Assembly (NCBI GenBank): GCA_051599415.1 | Contig: AP039698.1 | Location: 62,001-126,000, forward strand | Length of the DNA stretch: 64,000 bases | Direction: 5' to 3' | Origin: Savitreella phatthalungensis | Taxonomy: Eukaryota | Shown: piece after piece, positions 56,033 through 64,000 of the stretch | Position numbering within the stretch: the stretch's first letter is position 1 | Layout of the letters: each line of letters starts with the position of its first letter | Notes under the pieces: generated by a model | The model's database searches: none | Told to the model about the DNA's origin: nothing | Seen by the model: the letters and a program-made list of their open reading frames with translations, nothing else | Position numbers and translations under genes: made by a program

Positions 56033-56347
56033 ATGGCAGCCGTCAAGCAAATCGTCGACAAGGCCATCAGCGAGAACGCTGTTGCAGTGTTCTCCAAGTC
56101 GTACTGCCCGTACTGCAAGGCTGCGAAGGAGACTCTGAACCGAGCGGTGTCTGACGGCAAGTACTACGTGATCGAGCTCGACCACGAGAGCGACGGATCG
56201 GACATTCAGCGATACCTCGCAGAGAAGACTGGCCAGTCGACCGTGCCGAACATCTTCATCAACCACAAGCACATCGGCGGCAACTCGGACCTCCAATCGC
56301 TCTCGAACTCCGGAAAGCTCAAGACTCTGCTCGAGCAGGCAGCGTAA
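56033..56347 (+). CDS. GRX1: Dithiol glutaredoxin (CPYC); candidate alternative N- and C-termini
   Basis: VFSKSYCPYC, TGQSTVPNIFI, HIGGNSDL; first in-frame ATG at 56033. Confidence 0.95.
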   Translation: MAAVKQIVDKAISENAVAVFSKSYCPYCKAAKETLNRAVSDGKYYVIELDHESDGSDIQRYLAEKTGQSTVPNIFINHKHIGGNSDLQSLSNSGKLKTLLEQAA

Positions 56348-56443
56348 GTAGATTCAGGTCACGTCGCAATCACAACAATCCCCTAGAAGTGTATAGCGAT
56401 CTTGGTACCATCAATCCGATGTGCTTAGCTGACGATCGACTAG
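56344..56443 (+). other. Candidate alternative intron overlapping the glutaredoxin stop codon (100 nt)
   Basis: GTAAGT at 56344, GCTGAC at 56428-56433, TAG at 56441-56443; splicing gives GCT CGC TTG TGA (-ARL*). Confidence 0.72.
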
Positions 56444-56533
56444 TCGCTTGTGAGTCCATTTTCCAGGAAGATGGAGCACACTCAGGATGGTAGAGAAATC
56501 ATAAGGTCATATTGATGGGAGTAAACATGTGAT

Positions 56534-58561
56534 CTAGGTGGCTGCATGTGCTTGTGATCTCCGACCTAAATTACGTCGGACATGAAGCACAGATCGACCC
56601 TGGCCTTTGCCTGTGCTCGAGTCGACGTATGGCGCGTTTGTGGTGAGCGCTGTGTTTGACGGCCGATCGAGAATCATGCACGCAGGCATTTCGATCTTGC
56701 CTGTATGTAGCCAGAGTTCCTGCTTGGCGCCTCGCAACTCCAGCCGATCGTATTGGACGGGCGAGATTAGCGAGACGATGCAGGCAGTCCGATCTGCTGC
56801 TGGCACATCATCGCTCGCGGCACAGCGTTTGAAGGTGAAGCCCTTGACAATGCACAACCCGAGCATTAGCTCACGCACATTCGTCGCTTGTTGGTCGTAG
56901 GTAGTGCGCCTGCGGATCTTAAGAGCACTGCATTTCGGATGTGACGTTTCCTCGTAGCCTGTCTTGAGCGACATATCATCCGCAGACTCTTCTTCGGAAT
57001 ATGTCAAGACCATCGCGCAGATGGTCCCATTGACAGCGCTAAGCAGGTCAGCAGGCGCGAGCTCGGTATCTCCGATATCAAAACCACAGACGTTGAAAGC
57101 ACCAGTGCGCTGCGCATTCTGAACGCACGTGGCGTCCAGCAGCACCTGCCATTCTGGTTGCTCGATCAGTGGCGCTGCATTGGCTGAGGATCGGTGGAAG
57201 TATTCGATCATACAGATCTGTCGCAAAATGGCGGCGGTCACGTCTGTCGGACGAGCGGCCGCAGGTCTGTCGGGCGCTAAGTCCCATACTTTGATTTCGT
57301 CCTGAGAAATGTCGTCGGCGCGACCAACGTAGAAACGATCGAGGATATCCACCTCAGTCATTTTCACGAGCTCGAGTGACCCAGTGGCGCTCAGTATGAG
57401 GCTGAGCTGTACGAGCAGATCAAGTCCTGAGCCAGTGATCCAGCCCGGCGTGTTCACAATAATGATCGGTCGTCGATGGCCAGCTTGCGACGTCGGCCGT
57501 CTGAGTTGCTCTAGCACGAGCTCCACTAGAGCCTCGCACTTGTCGAGGTACGCTGTCGTGTCGTCTTTCGGCGTTGTGCTGCCGTACCACTGCTGCAATG
57601 TTGGAGCATCGTTGTCGGGCATCGGGTCTGACAGAGCAGATCTAGCATACCGCGTGGTTTTGATGGGACAAGCTGCAAGCACGCCCGGTGGTGCGAGATC
57701 CGACTGTCCGGGATCCAAATCGACAAGGAAGCCGGTATGCTCGTCTTCGTGGAAGCGCATTCGCTGGCATATCATCCGACACAATGTCGTTTTGCCTGAA
57801 TTCTTGCCACCTACGACGAGCAAGATCCGCAGTTGTTCTCCGACAGCTTCGCTCCCAGCCTCGCGATCAGCAAGACAGTCGTCGATGAGCGCTTGCCAGC
57901 CTACAGGCGTCTGCAGAGATCGCTCGTTACCATGTGGCTCGATTAGGAAGCTTTTAAGTCCGCCCGCGTCCGCATCTCGAGGGCGTTTCCCATCGGTCAG
58001 GGCCAAAACGGCATCGATATCGGGATGATAACAAGTCTTCAGCAAGCCGTATCGATGCAGAGTCTTGAAGGCTGGAGTGGATGCGGACTCAAGCGATATG
58101 GGAACTTTGTCGTGTTCAGGTAGATCGTCCCTCGCTTTGAAAGTTACGAAGCCGTGGACTCTCGAGGAGTTGACGAAGAGGCAGTCACGAGTATTCGTAC
58201 TTCTGCAGGGCGGATGCGAGCCATCAAGCAGCACTCTGTGATCAACAGGTAGGTGTATGGAGCAAATGCCATGCACAGTGAAGCTCTGTCCCGGCTTCAG
58301 CAGAATGCGAGTAGCTCCCTCCTCTTCATGCGTCTCGAGCAACTCTATTGGTACACTTCGCTGAATGACGTCTTGCTCGGCAGCTTCAATAAATTCCACA
58401 TCGTCAGTCTTGGCAGGTGACGGTGGCACATCGACAGGATCCTGTGTCTCGCCGTCACTATTCCCGACCTCGTCTTCTTGAACAACCTCAACTGCGGCCT
58501 GCGCAGCTAGCCTGCGAGCAGCAAATGCGCTGACTGTAGGCTGTGACCTCTTTCTCTTCAT
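56534..58561 (-). CDS. GRC3: Polynucleotide 5'-hydroxyl kinase Grc3/Nol9
   Basis: P-loop GGKNSGKTT, LVDLDPGQSDLAPPG, WYGSTTP, IIVNTPGWITGSG, C-terminal VRRNLGR. Confidence 0.9.
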   Translation of the reverse strand: MKRKRSQPTVSAFAARRLAAQAAVEVVQEDEVGNSDGETQDPVDVPPSPAKTDDVEFIEAAEQDVIQRSVPIELLETHEEEGATRILLKPGQSFTVHGICSIHLPVDHRVLLDGSHPPCRSTNTRDCLFVNSSRVHGFVTFKARDDLPEHDKVPISLESASTPAFKTLHRYGLLKTCYHPDIDAVLALTDGKRPRDADAGGLKSFLIEPHGNERSLQTPVGWQALIDDCLADREAGSEAVGEQLRILLVVGGKNSGKTTLCRMICQRMRFHEDEHTGFLVDLDPGQSDLAPPGVLAACPIKTTRYARSALSDPMPDNDAPTLQQWYGSTTPKDDTTAYLDKCEALVELVLEQLRRPTSQAGHRRPIIIVNTPGWITGSGLDLLVQLSLILSATGSLELVKMTEVDILDRFYVGRADDISQDEIKVWDLAPDRPAAARPTDVTAAILRQICMIEYFHRSSANAAPLIEQPEWQVLLDATCVQNAQRTGAFNVCGFDIGDTELAPADLLSAVNGTICAMVLTYSEEESADDMSLKTGYEETSHPKCSALKIRRRTTYDQQATNVRELMLGLCIVKGFTFKRCAASDDVPAADRTACIVSLISPVQYDRLELRGAKQELWLHTGKIEMPACMILDRPSNTALTTNAPYVDSSTGKGQGRSVLHVRRNLGRRSQAHAAT

Positions 58562-58874
58562 CTATTTACGGCATCATCATCGTCATTTGCTAACGAATGA
58601 TCATCATGGTAGAGAAGAATGCCTGCTGGAGCATCTTCAAGGCGCCCTTCGTGCCTCCCGGTATCCTGTTCTGGACGTGAAAGGACGGTTGACTTTTGAG
58701 GCTTGTGATCGTAACCCTGTGGCTGTGACCTGGCAACCAAAAATTTATGATCAGCTTGTCCTTGTGCGAGTTTCCTCTTTCAGCATATACAAACACAGAG
58801 CATCCTCATAAATCATTCCTCACCCTTGCTTCATCTGGTTAGGCCAATCGCCATCAACTCACGCACAGGCGCTC

Positions 58875-60845
58875 ATGGCCAGCGACTCTGAAGATGACTT
58901 CTACTCTGAAGCTGCCGCGCGGCGCAAGGGAAAGACCCCGTTGAGCGTGCGACGCAAATCGCCGACCAAGACTCGTCCAGTATTTGTCCCGCAGACGCCA
59001 TCCGCGGCTGCCAAGTTGTCCAGGAAAGGCGAGGCTTGGCGACAGACTATCTTTGGCGGCTCGGATGATGAATCAGAGCTGCCTGAGCTGCCGCTTAGAT
59101 CTGTCAGAAGAGCCGGCATTCATAAGACACCTGCGTCATCTCGCCGAGTGTCCACAGCCGCTGTGGTCGATACAACTCCACCACCGTTCTTGAAACAACT
59201 GTTCCCTCCAGCGGTGTCACAATTCGACATTTCCCTGGCCTCTTACACGATCGAGTCATCGCCAGAGAGCGGCAAGCCTGTGGCTGTGGCGCAGATCGAT
59301 GAGCCCTTGGATGAGCTCGTGGACGCACCGCCTCCTGATGATCAGGAGGACGTCGATCGGTCTCAATCGGACTCAGGGATGGAAGAATCGATGGTCACAA
59401 GCCAGGTCCTTAATTCTACTGTGACAGAGCCATTGAACGCTTCAGACGGTACAGATTCAGACGACGAGGAGTTCCATTCGTGTCTGTCAATTCCTCCAGG
59501 CGAGCTCATCGAGATTGCAGATGAGATCGTTGATGACTCTGAGTCAAACACAGATACGACACAAATCCAAAAGTTGTATCCAGAGATCCTGGAGCAGCCA
59601 ATCTTTGAAGCAATCGATGACGAGGAAGTTGCCATTTTGGATGATGAAGACATCCCGAGGCGTACTCGACGTCGCACCACACGCATTGTCCTGGCCGACT
59701 CAGAGGATGAAGATGATGAGGACGATGATGAGTGCTCGCAGAGTTCCGACGACAGCTCATACGCCGAATCCGGTGAGGATCTTTCGAACGGTTCTGACAG
59801 CGATGAGATGGATGGATTCATAGTGTACACACCGCCGCGAAAGGTGAAGCCTCGCATCGGAGCGCCACCCACAACACCTCGCGGGATACCGAAGACTCTC
59901 GTGCGCGACCACACGACGCCACGAGTGTACGTTGATGAGGCATGCCGAGAGAAGGACAAGAAAGAGCAAGAGAAGGCACGGAAGGCAGCGCTGAAAGCGT
60001 TTGCTGGCGTTCGCGAAACGCTAGCGATCTCGACCCTCAACGAGTATCTCCATGGGCTGGCCGAAGACATCGAAGAAAGTCCCAAGGTCACAAAGTCCGA
60101 CACCGCTGCGCTCGAAAACGTGACGATCGTGTGGACGCCGCTTCTGTTAACGACGGCCGGACGCGCGACCTACAGCCGGTCTGCGGACGTGCGTGCAAAG
60201 ATCGAGTTGTCGTTGAAGGTGCTGACAGATCGAGGGCGGCTTCGCAACACGCTCGCTCACGAGCTCTGCCACCTGCTCGCGTGGTGCGTCGATGCGGACA
60301 CTGCAGGTGCGCCGCATGGCGGGACGTTCAAGCGGTGGGCCTCTATCCTGGAAAAGCGGTTTGGAGATGTGCAAGTTGGGACAACACACGCGTACACGGT
60401 CGAGGCCAAGTACATGTGGCGGTGCAGCGGATGCGCACGCACGTATGCGCGCCACTCCAAGAGCATCGATCCGACGCGCGTCGTGTGCGGTGCGAATGCG
60501 TGCGGTGGCAAGCTTCTCCAGGAGCGTCCACCGCCACGTCAGACTCCCGGTCCACGTGCCGCAGGAGATGGATCGACGGCCAGGAGACCTCTGGGAGATG
60601 CGCTGCTGACGCCGAACAAGCCTGCAACGCCCTCGGGCCTGGACAAGTTTGCAGCCTACCGCAACAAACACATTCCTGAGCTGAGGGCACAGCACCCGAC
60701 AAAGACATACCGGGAGCTCATCAAGCTGGTATCTGTACAGTACGCTGCAGACAAGGCGAGTACAGCTGTTTTGGGAGGGGAGAACGTGGGCAAGGAGGAA
60801 GAGGATGAGATGCTTGTCGCACAGGTGGCAACGTTACACGTGTAG
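58875..60845 (+). CDS. GCNA/ACRC-type SprT metalloprotease
   Basis: Acidic disordered N-half; LLTTAGRA, IELSLKVL, TLAHELCHL (HExxH), HGGTFKRW, C..C...Y.RHSKS...C....C.G.L; HMG-box-like C-terminus. Confidence 0.88.
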   Translation: MASDSEDDFYSEAAARRKGKTPLSVRRKSPTKTRPVFVPQTPSAAAKLSRKGEAWRQTIFGGSDDESELPELPLRSVRRAGIHKTPASSRRVSTAAVVDTTPPPFLKQLFPPAVSQFDISLASYTIESSPESGKPVAVAQIDEPLDELVDAPPPDDQEDVDRSQSDSGMEESMVTSQVLNSTVTEPLNASDGTDSDDEEFHSCLSIPPGELIEIADEIVDDSESNTDTTQIQKLYPEILEQPIFEAIDDEEVAILDDEDIPRRTRRRTTRIVLADSEDEDDEDDDECSQSSDDSSYAESGEDLSNGSDSDEMDGFIVYTPPRKVKPRIGAPPTTPRGIPKTLVRDHTTPRVYVDEACREKDKKEQEKARKAALKAFAGVRETLAISTLNEYLHGLAEDIEESPKVTKSDTAALENVTIVWTPLLLTTAGRATYSRSADVRAKIELSLKVLTDRGRLRNTLAHELCHLLAWCVDADTAGAPHGGTFKRWASILEKRFGDVQVGTTHAYTVEAKYMWRCSGCARTYARHSKSIDPTRVVCGANACGGKLLQERPPPRQTPGPRAAGDGSTARRPLGDALLTPNKPATPSGLDKFAAYRNKHIPELRAQHPTKTYRELIKLVSVQYAADKASTAVLGGENVGKEEEDEMLVAQVATLHV

Positions 60846-60974
60846 CTCTTATTTTGCAAGACAGAGGGAAAGAGAGAGAGAGAGAGAGAAACCTTGCAAC
60901 CGTGTAATGAAAGCATGAAACGACCGTGTAATTGAATGATATCATTTAGATTCTTCCATTGAGATGGTCGTCAA

Positions 60975-61333
60975 TTAGATCTTTCGCTTGAGCTCCTCAG
61001 CTTTGTCCTGAGCTACACCGGCGGCTTGCTTTGCCTTGCCTACGAGCTCGTCCTTCTTGCCATCGATCTTTGACTCTGCGCCTGCTCCGACGGTGGCTGA
61101 CTTGACAGCTTCAGCGGCAGCGTCAACAGCCTCTACGCCGCTCAACGCAGCTTTTCCAGCAGCCTTGTTCAGGTTCTCGAGAGTTTCCTTTGCTGCATCA
61201 GGCAGACTCTTTCGAGTAAGGCGAGTCTGTCACGTGAATCACTTGTCAGCATGGGATCTTTCAAGAGTCTATAGTATACTGGTGTATGGAGACTCACAGT
61301 AGAGAAGGCACGGGTGATGGACGTCCGGAACAT
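60975..61333 (-). CDS. Small mitochondrial LEA-like/hydrophilin protein (95 aa); exons 61333-61298 and 61226-60975
   Basis: Intron 61297-61227 (GTGAGT/GCTGAC/CAG). Product MFRTSITRAFSTTRLTRKSLPDAAKETLENLNKAAG...KAKQAAGVAQDKAEELKRKI. Confidence 0.82.
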
Positions 61334-62314
61334 GATGAATGAGAACTCAAGGGCTTGTCTGTAGGAAGAGTGGTGATGAATTTTAGGATTGAACGGGTCG
61401 ATTGCTATACGGATGAAACTTGCTACAGACCTTGGTCCACCTTCGCGTCGTGTAGGCGTGGAGGTGTGACGAACGGGTTGTGGAGTGGTAGCGGGTTGGG
61501 TAGAATGAGAATGGGTACAGAATGCAATGTGATTGACAGTATCGAATGAGCTAGACTGTTTGGCCGGCCTCAATTGAAGCACAGGTACTAAAATTCATGC
61601 AATCTAATTCTGTCCTGGCTGTAGCACTGCAACTCGAGCCTGGGGCTTAGTGTGCTAGCTCTAGTCCAGCCAGTCAGTCAGTTAGTCAGTGGGATGAAGT
61701 TTATTCTGGTGAGGTGGCCCAATGTGAGTGAGTGTGAGTACTCCAAACTCAGAGAGATCTGGGAGTGATACTATTGGAATTGAAGGATTGTAGGGGTGAA
61801 GACGATCATCACGTGAAAATAGCGCAATACGCCACTTGCGTCATTTCCATTGGAATCACCATTTCAAATACATCAGTACGGAAGATCACACATACATTCT
61901 ACATAACCCAGATCTACACACTCAGACGAGAACGCAAGAGATAATGAGCCTGAACAGTATCTTGACCAAATCAAGCCCAAGGAAGACACAAGACACTGGA
62001 GCTCGGTAATGATGATCGAAACAAGCTGGAGAAGTATGTGACCATGGAACAGTAGATTAACCCATCCAACTCTATTCCCCCACATCCGGTCAATAATTAG
62101 TCCATCTCGCAACACCGCCAAACCAGCTCGCCTTCCAACCTCTTCTCTTGCCTTTCCCCCTCCCTTCCAATCAAGGCTCACATGTCATGCCGTTTACATG
62201 GACCAGCCTCACTTTGCTAAAGAATCAGCTCACTCACTCACTCACTTGTTCGCTCACTCCACAGTCCATGGTCTTCCACTGAGCCATGACAATCCAGATT
62301 CATCATCTGTGGTC

Positions 62315-62322
62315 TATATAAA
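62315..62322 (+). promoter_or_regulatory. TATA box of HSP12
   Basis: TATATAAA about 95 nt upstream of ATG 62411. Confidence 0.65.
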
Positions 62323-62410
62323 CCTCATCGATCCCTCAAACCTGGACCCCACACAAACACATACCCTACCTCCACCCCTTCTCACAACCTATCACATCAC
62401 ACAATCAACC

Positions 62411-62602
62411 ATGTCTGACGCAGGACGCAAGGATTTCTCTACCAAGGCTCAGGAGAAGCTGACACCTGACTCTTCCAAGTCGCTCGTCGACAAGGCAAAG
62501 GAGGCCATCACCGGTGCTTCTGACAAGGTCGCTCGCGAGGGTCAGAGTGACAAGGACAAGGGTTTCCTCCAGTCCACCGCAGACAAGATCTCCAGGTCGT
62601 AG
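62411..62602 (+). CDS. HSP12: Heat shock protein 9/12 family (63 aa)
   Basis: MSDAGRKDFSTKAQEKLTPDSSKS signature; context caaccATG. Confidence 0.92.
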   Translation: MSDAGRKDFSTKAQEKLTPDSSKSLVDKAKEAITGASDKVAREGQSDKDKGFLQSTADKISRS

Positions 62603-62920
62603 AGACACATGATTCTCTCTGCTAGGTAGCCTTTCCAGGTCTCTGATTAATCCTATATCATACTGCATGGAACACTTGGAACTCCGCGTGATCCACAAGC
62701 TCTCTTTGAAATGACGTCAATCGTGTCAATCGTGTCAATCATACGCAGTGAATCCCCTTCTCTCCTGATATTCATTCGGTCGGCAACACTTGCTTCCTGG
62801 TATTCCCTCGATAAAACTCACTCAATCATGTTGCATTCTCTAGCTAGATGGCTACCGGGAAAGTAGCCTAGAGCTCTCCATCGGACCGAACGCGACATCT
62901 CGCCCTGGCCTTCACATTCC

Positions 62921-64000
62921 TTAAGCAGTCACCTCGCCGAGAGCCTTCTGGAGACCGGTGATGACAAGACGGTATCGGACATTGTCGTTCTCGTACACTC
63001 TGCGAACAGCGTCTCCGAGCGCCTCTTCGGAAGCAGGAATCTCCTCGACGATCGACTTGATCTTGCCCTCGCTTGCAAGTCGCAGCAACTCATTCATACT
63101 CGTCTTGGGTCCCAGGTGGGAGGCGGCAATCTTGATCGACTTGCCTGCAAGCGCCTGCGCGGTCACAGTGATGCCGTCGTCTGGCAGGCCGACTGTGTGC
63201 CAGGTCGCACCGACCGTCAACGTGGTCGCATAGGTCTCGAGATCGATCGCCTTGGCGTTGTCGATCGTCGACAGCAGGAAGTCGAACTTGAGCTCCAGCT
63301 CCTTCTCCCAGCCCTTCTTCGACGTGTCGTGGAAGTAGTCAGCACCGAGCTCCTTTGCATCCTTCTCCTTGTCTGCCGTGTGCGAGAGCACGTGCGTCTC
63401 CGCACCAAGAGCCTTGGCAAACTGCACGACATAGTGGCCCAGGCCACCCATACCTGCGACCGCAACCACGAAACCCTTGCCGACGCCCTCGATGCCGTTC
63501 TTCTCCACATCCCAAGGCTCACCACGCAGCTTGCGCAGGTCCAGCAAGGCCTCACGCATCGGCGACGTCGAGGTGATACCAGCACACATGATCGGCGCCG
63601 CCTGTGTGTCTGACAGGTTGTCCGGGATCTTGAACACAAACTGCTGGTGCGTACGGATCATGTTTGAGAAACCTCCCATCGTCTTCTCGCCGTTCCACGC
63701 GAGTTCCTCGGCATGGGGCCACGACTTGTCCGGGTAGTTGGCGCCGTACGTGTCTACGCACAGGATTGGACAGGACGTCTCGAACCCGCTGCTGCATCCT
63801 GGACACTTCTTGTTGTCCGGGTTGTTGCCAAGGCACGCCGCGATCTGTGCCCCCACACCAACTCGGTCGCCAACCTTGAACTCGTCCACCTTCGAACCGA
63901 CCTCAATCGCCTTGCCCACAATCTCATGGCCAACGCAAAGCGGCACAGGCACCTCGCTCGACCACCCACCAGTGATAGTATGCAGATCGGATGCACATAT
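62921..64000 (-). CDS. Zn/NADP-dependent alcohol dehydrogenase (Adh6/cinnamyl-ADH type), 5' end outside window
   Basis: Open to the window edge: ICASDLHT...GHEIVG, GDRVGVG, APIMCAGIT, GMGGLGH, VRYRLVI. Confidence 0.92.
   Translation of the reverse strand: MCASDLHTITGGWSSEVPVPLCVGHEIVGKAIEVGSKVDEFKVGDRVGVGAQIAACLGNNPDNKKCPGCSSGFETSCPILCVDTYGANYPDKSWPHAEELAWNGEKTMGGFSNMIRTHQQFVFKIPDNLSDTQAAPIMCAGITSTSPMREALLDLRKLRGEPWDVEKNGIEGVGKGFVVAVAGMGGLGHYVVQFAKALGAETHVLSHTADKEKDAKELGADYFHDTSKKGWEKELELKFDFLLSTIDNAKAIDLETYATTLTVGATWHTVGLPDDGITVTAQALAGKSIKIAASHLGPKTSMNELLRLASEGKIKSIVEEIPASEEALGDAVRRVYENDNVRYRLVITGLQKALGEVTA

Noticed and set aside
1..64000. Stop-codon readthrough PTS1 (TGA-CTA type), tRNA/rRNA genes, CRISPR arrays, transposons
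   Set aside because: Checked the 3' ends of TRR1, AAT, GUD1, PDC, ADH and MAPEG and found no readthrough PTS1. No cloverleaf, rRNA, repeat-spacer, LTR/TIR or transposase motifs were seen by eye.

Overview
Gene-dense, intron-poor fungal (ascomycete) chromosomal DNA. The short GT-AG introns, the GCNA-type gene and the short Hsp9/12 suggest a Taphrinomycotina-like yeast (inference only). About 27 protein-coding genes are supported, mostly housekeeping: OSH6/7, AUR1, TRR1, LDB17, IES2, HNT1, GUD1, SSZ1, mitochondrial AAT, an Rsc58/BRD7-like protein, HIU hydrolase, MAPEG, SNU66, an Ace2/Swi5-like zinc finger, PPR proteins, RPS31, VID27, a 2xRRM protein, a Whi5/Nrm1-like repressor, PDC, a TPR-DnaJ, glutaredoxin, GRC3, GCNA/SprT, an LEA-like protein, HSP12 and an NADP-ADH. 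I found no tRNA, rRNA, CRISPR array or recognisable transposon. The most notable observations are: (1) ribosomal protein eS31/S27a is fused to a 74-aa, nearly lysine-free ubiquitin-like domain rather than to canonical ubiquitin; (2) several thiol-redox and housekeeping genes appear to carry hidden targeting isoforms - glutaredoxin has a splice donor overlapping its stop codon that would create a PTS1 (-ARL) and an AUA-initiated MGSFTSK myristoylation-type leader, TRR1 has an ACG-initiated mitochondrial-type presequence, and HNT1 ends in -SKM only if a long in-frame intron is spliced; (3) twelve CGAGGA copies lie downstream of an RRM gene. All calls come from reading the sequence by eye; no searches were run.
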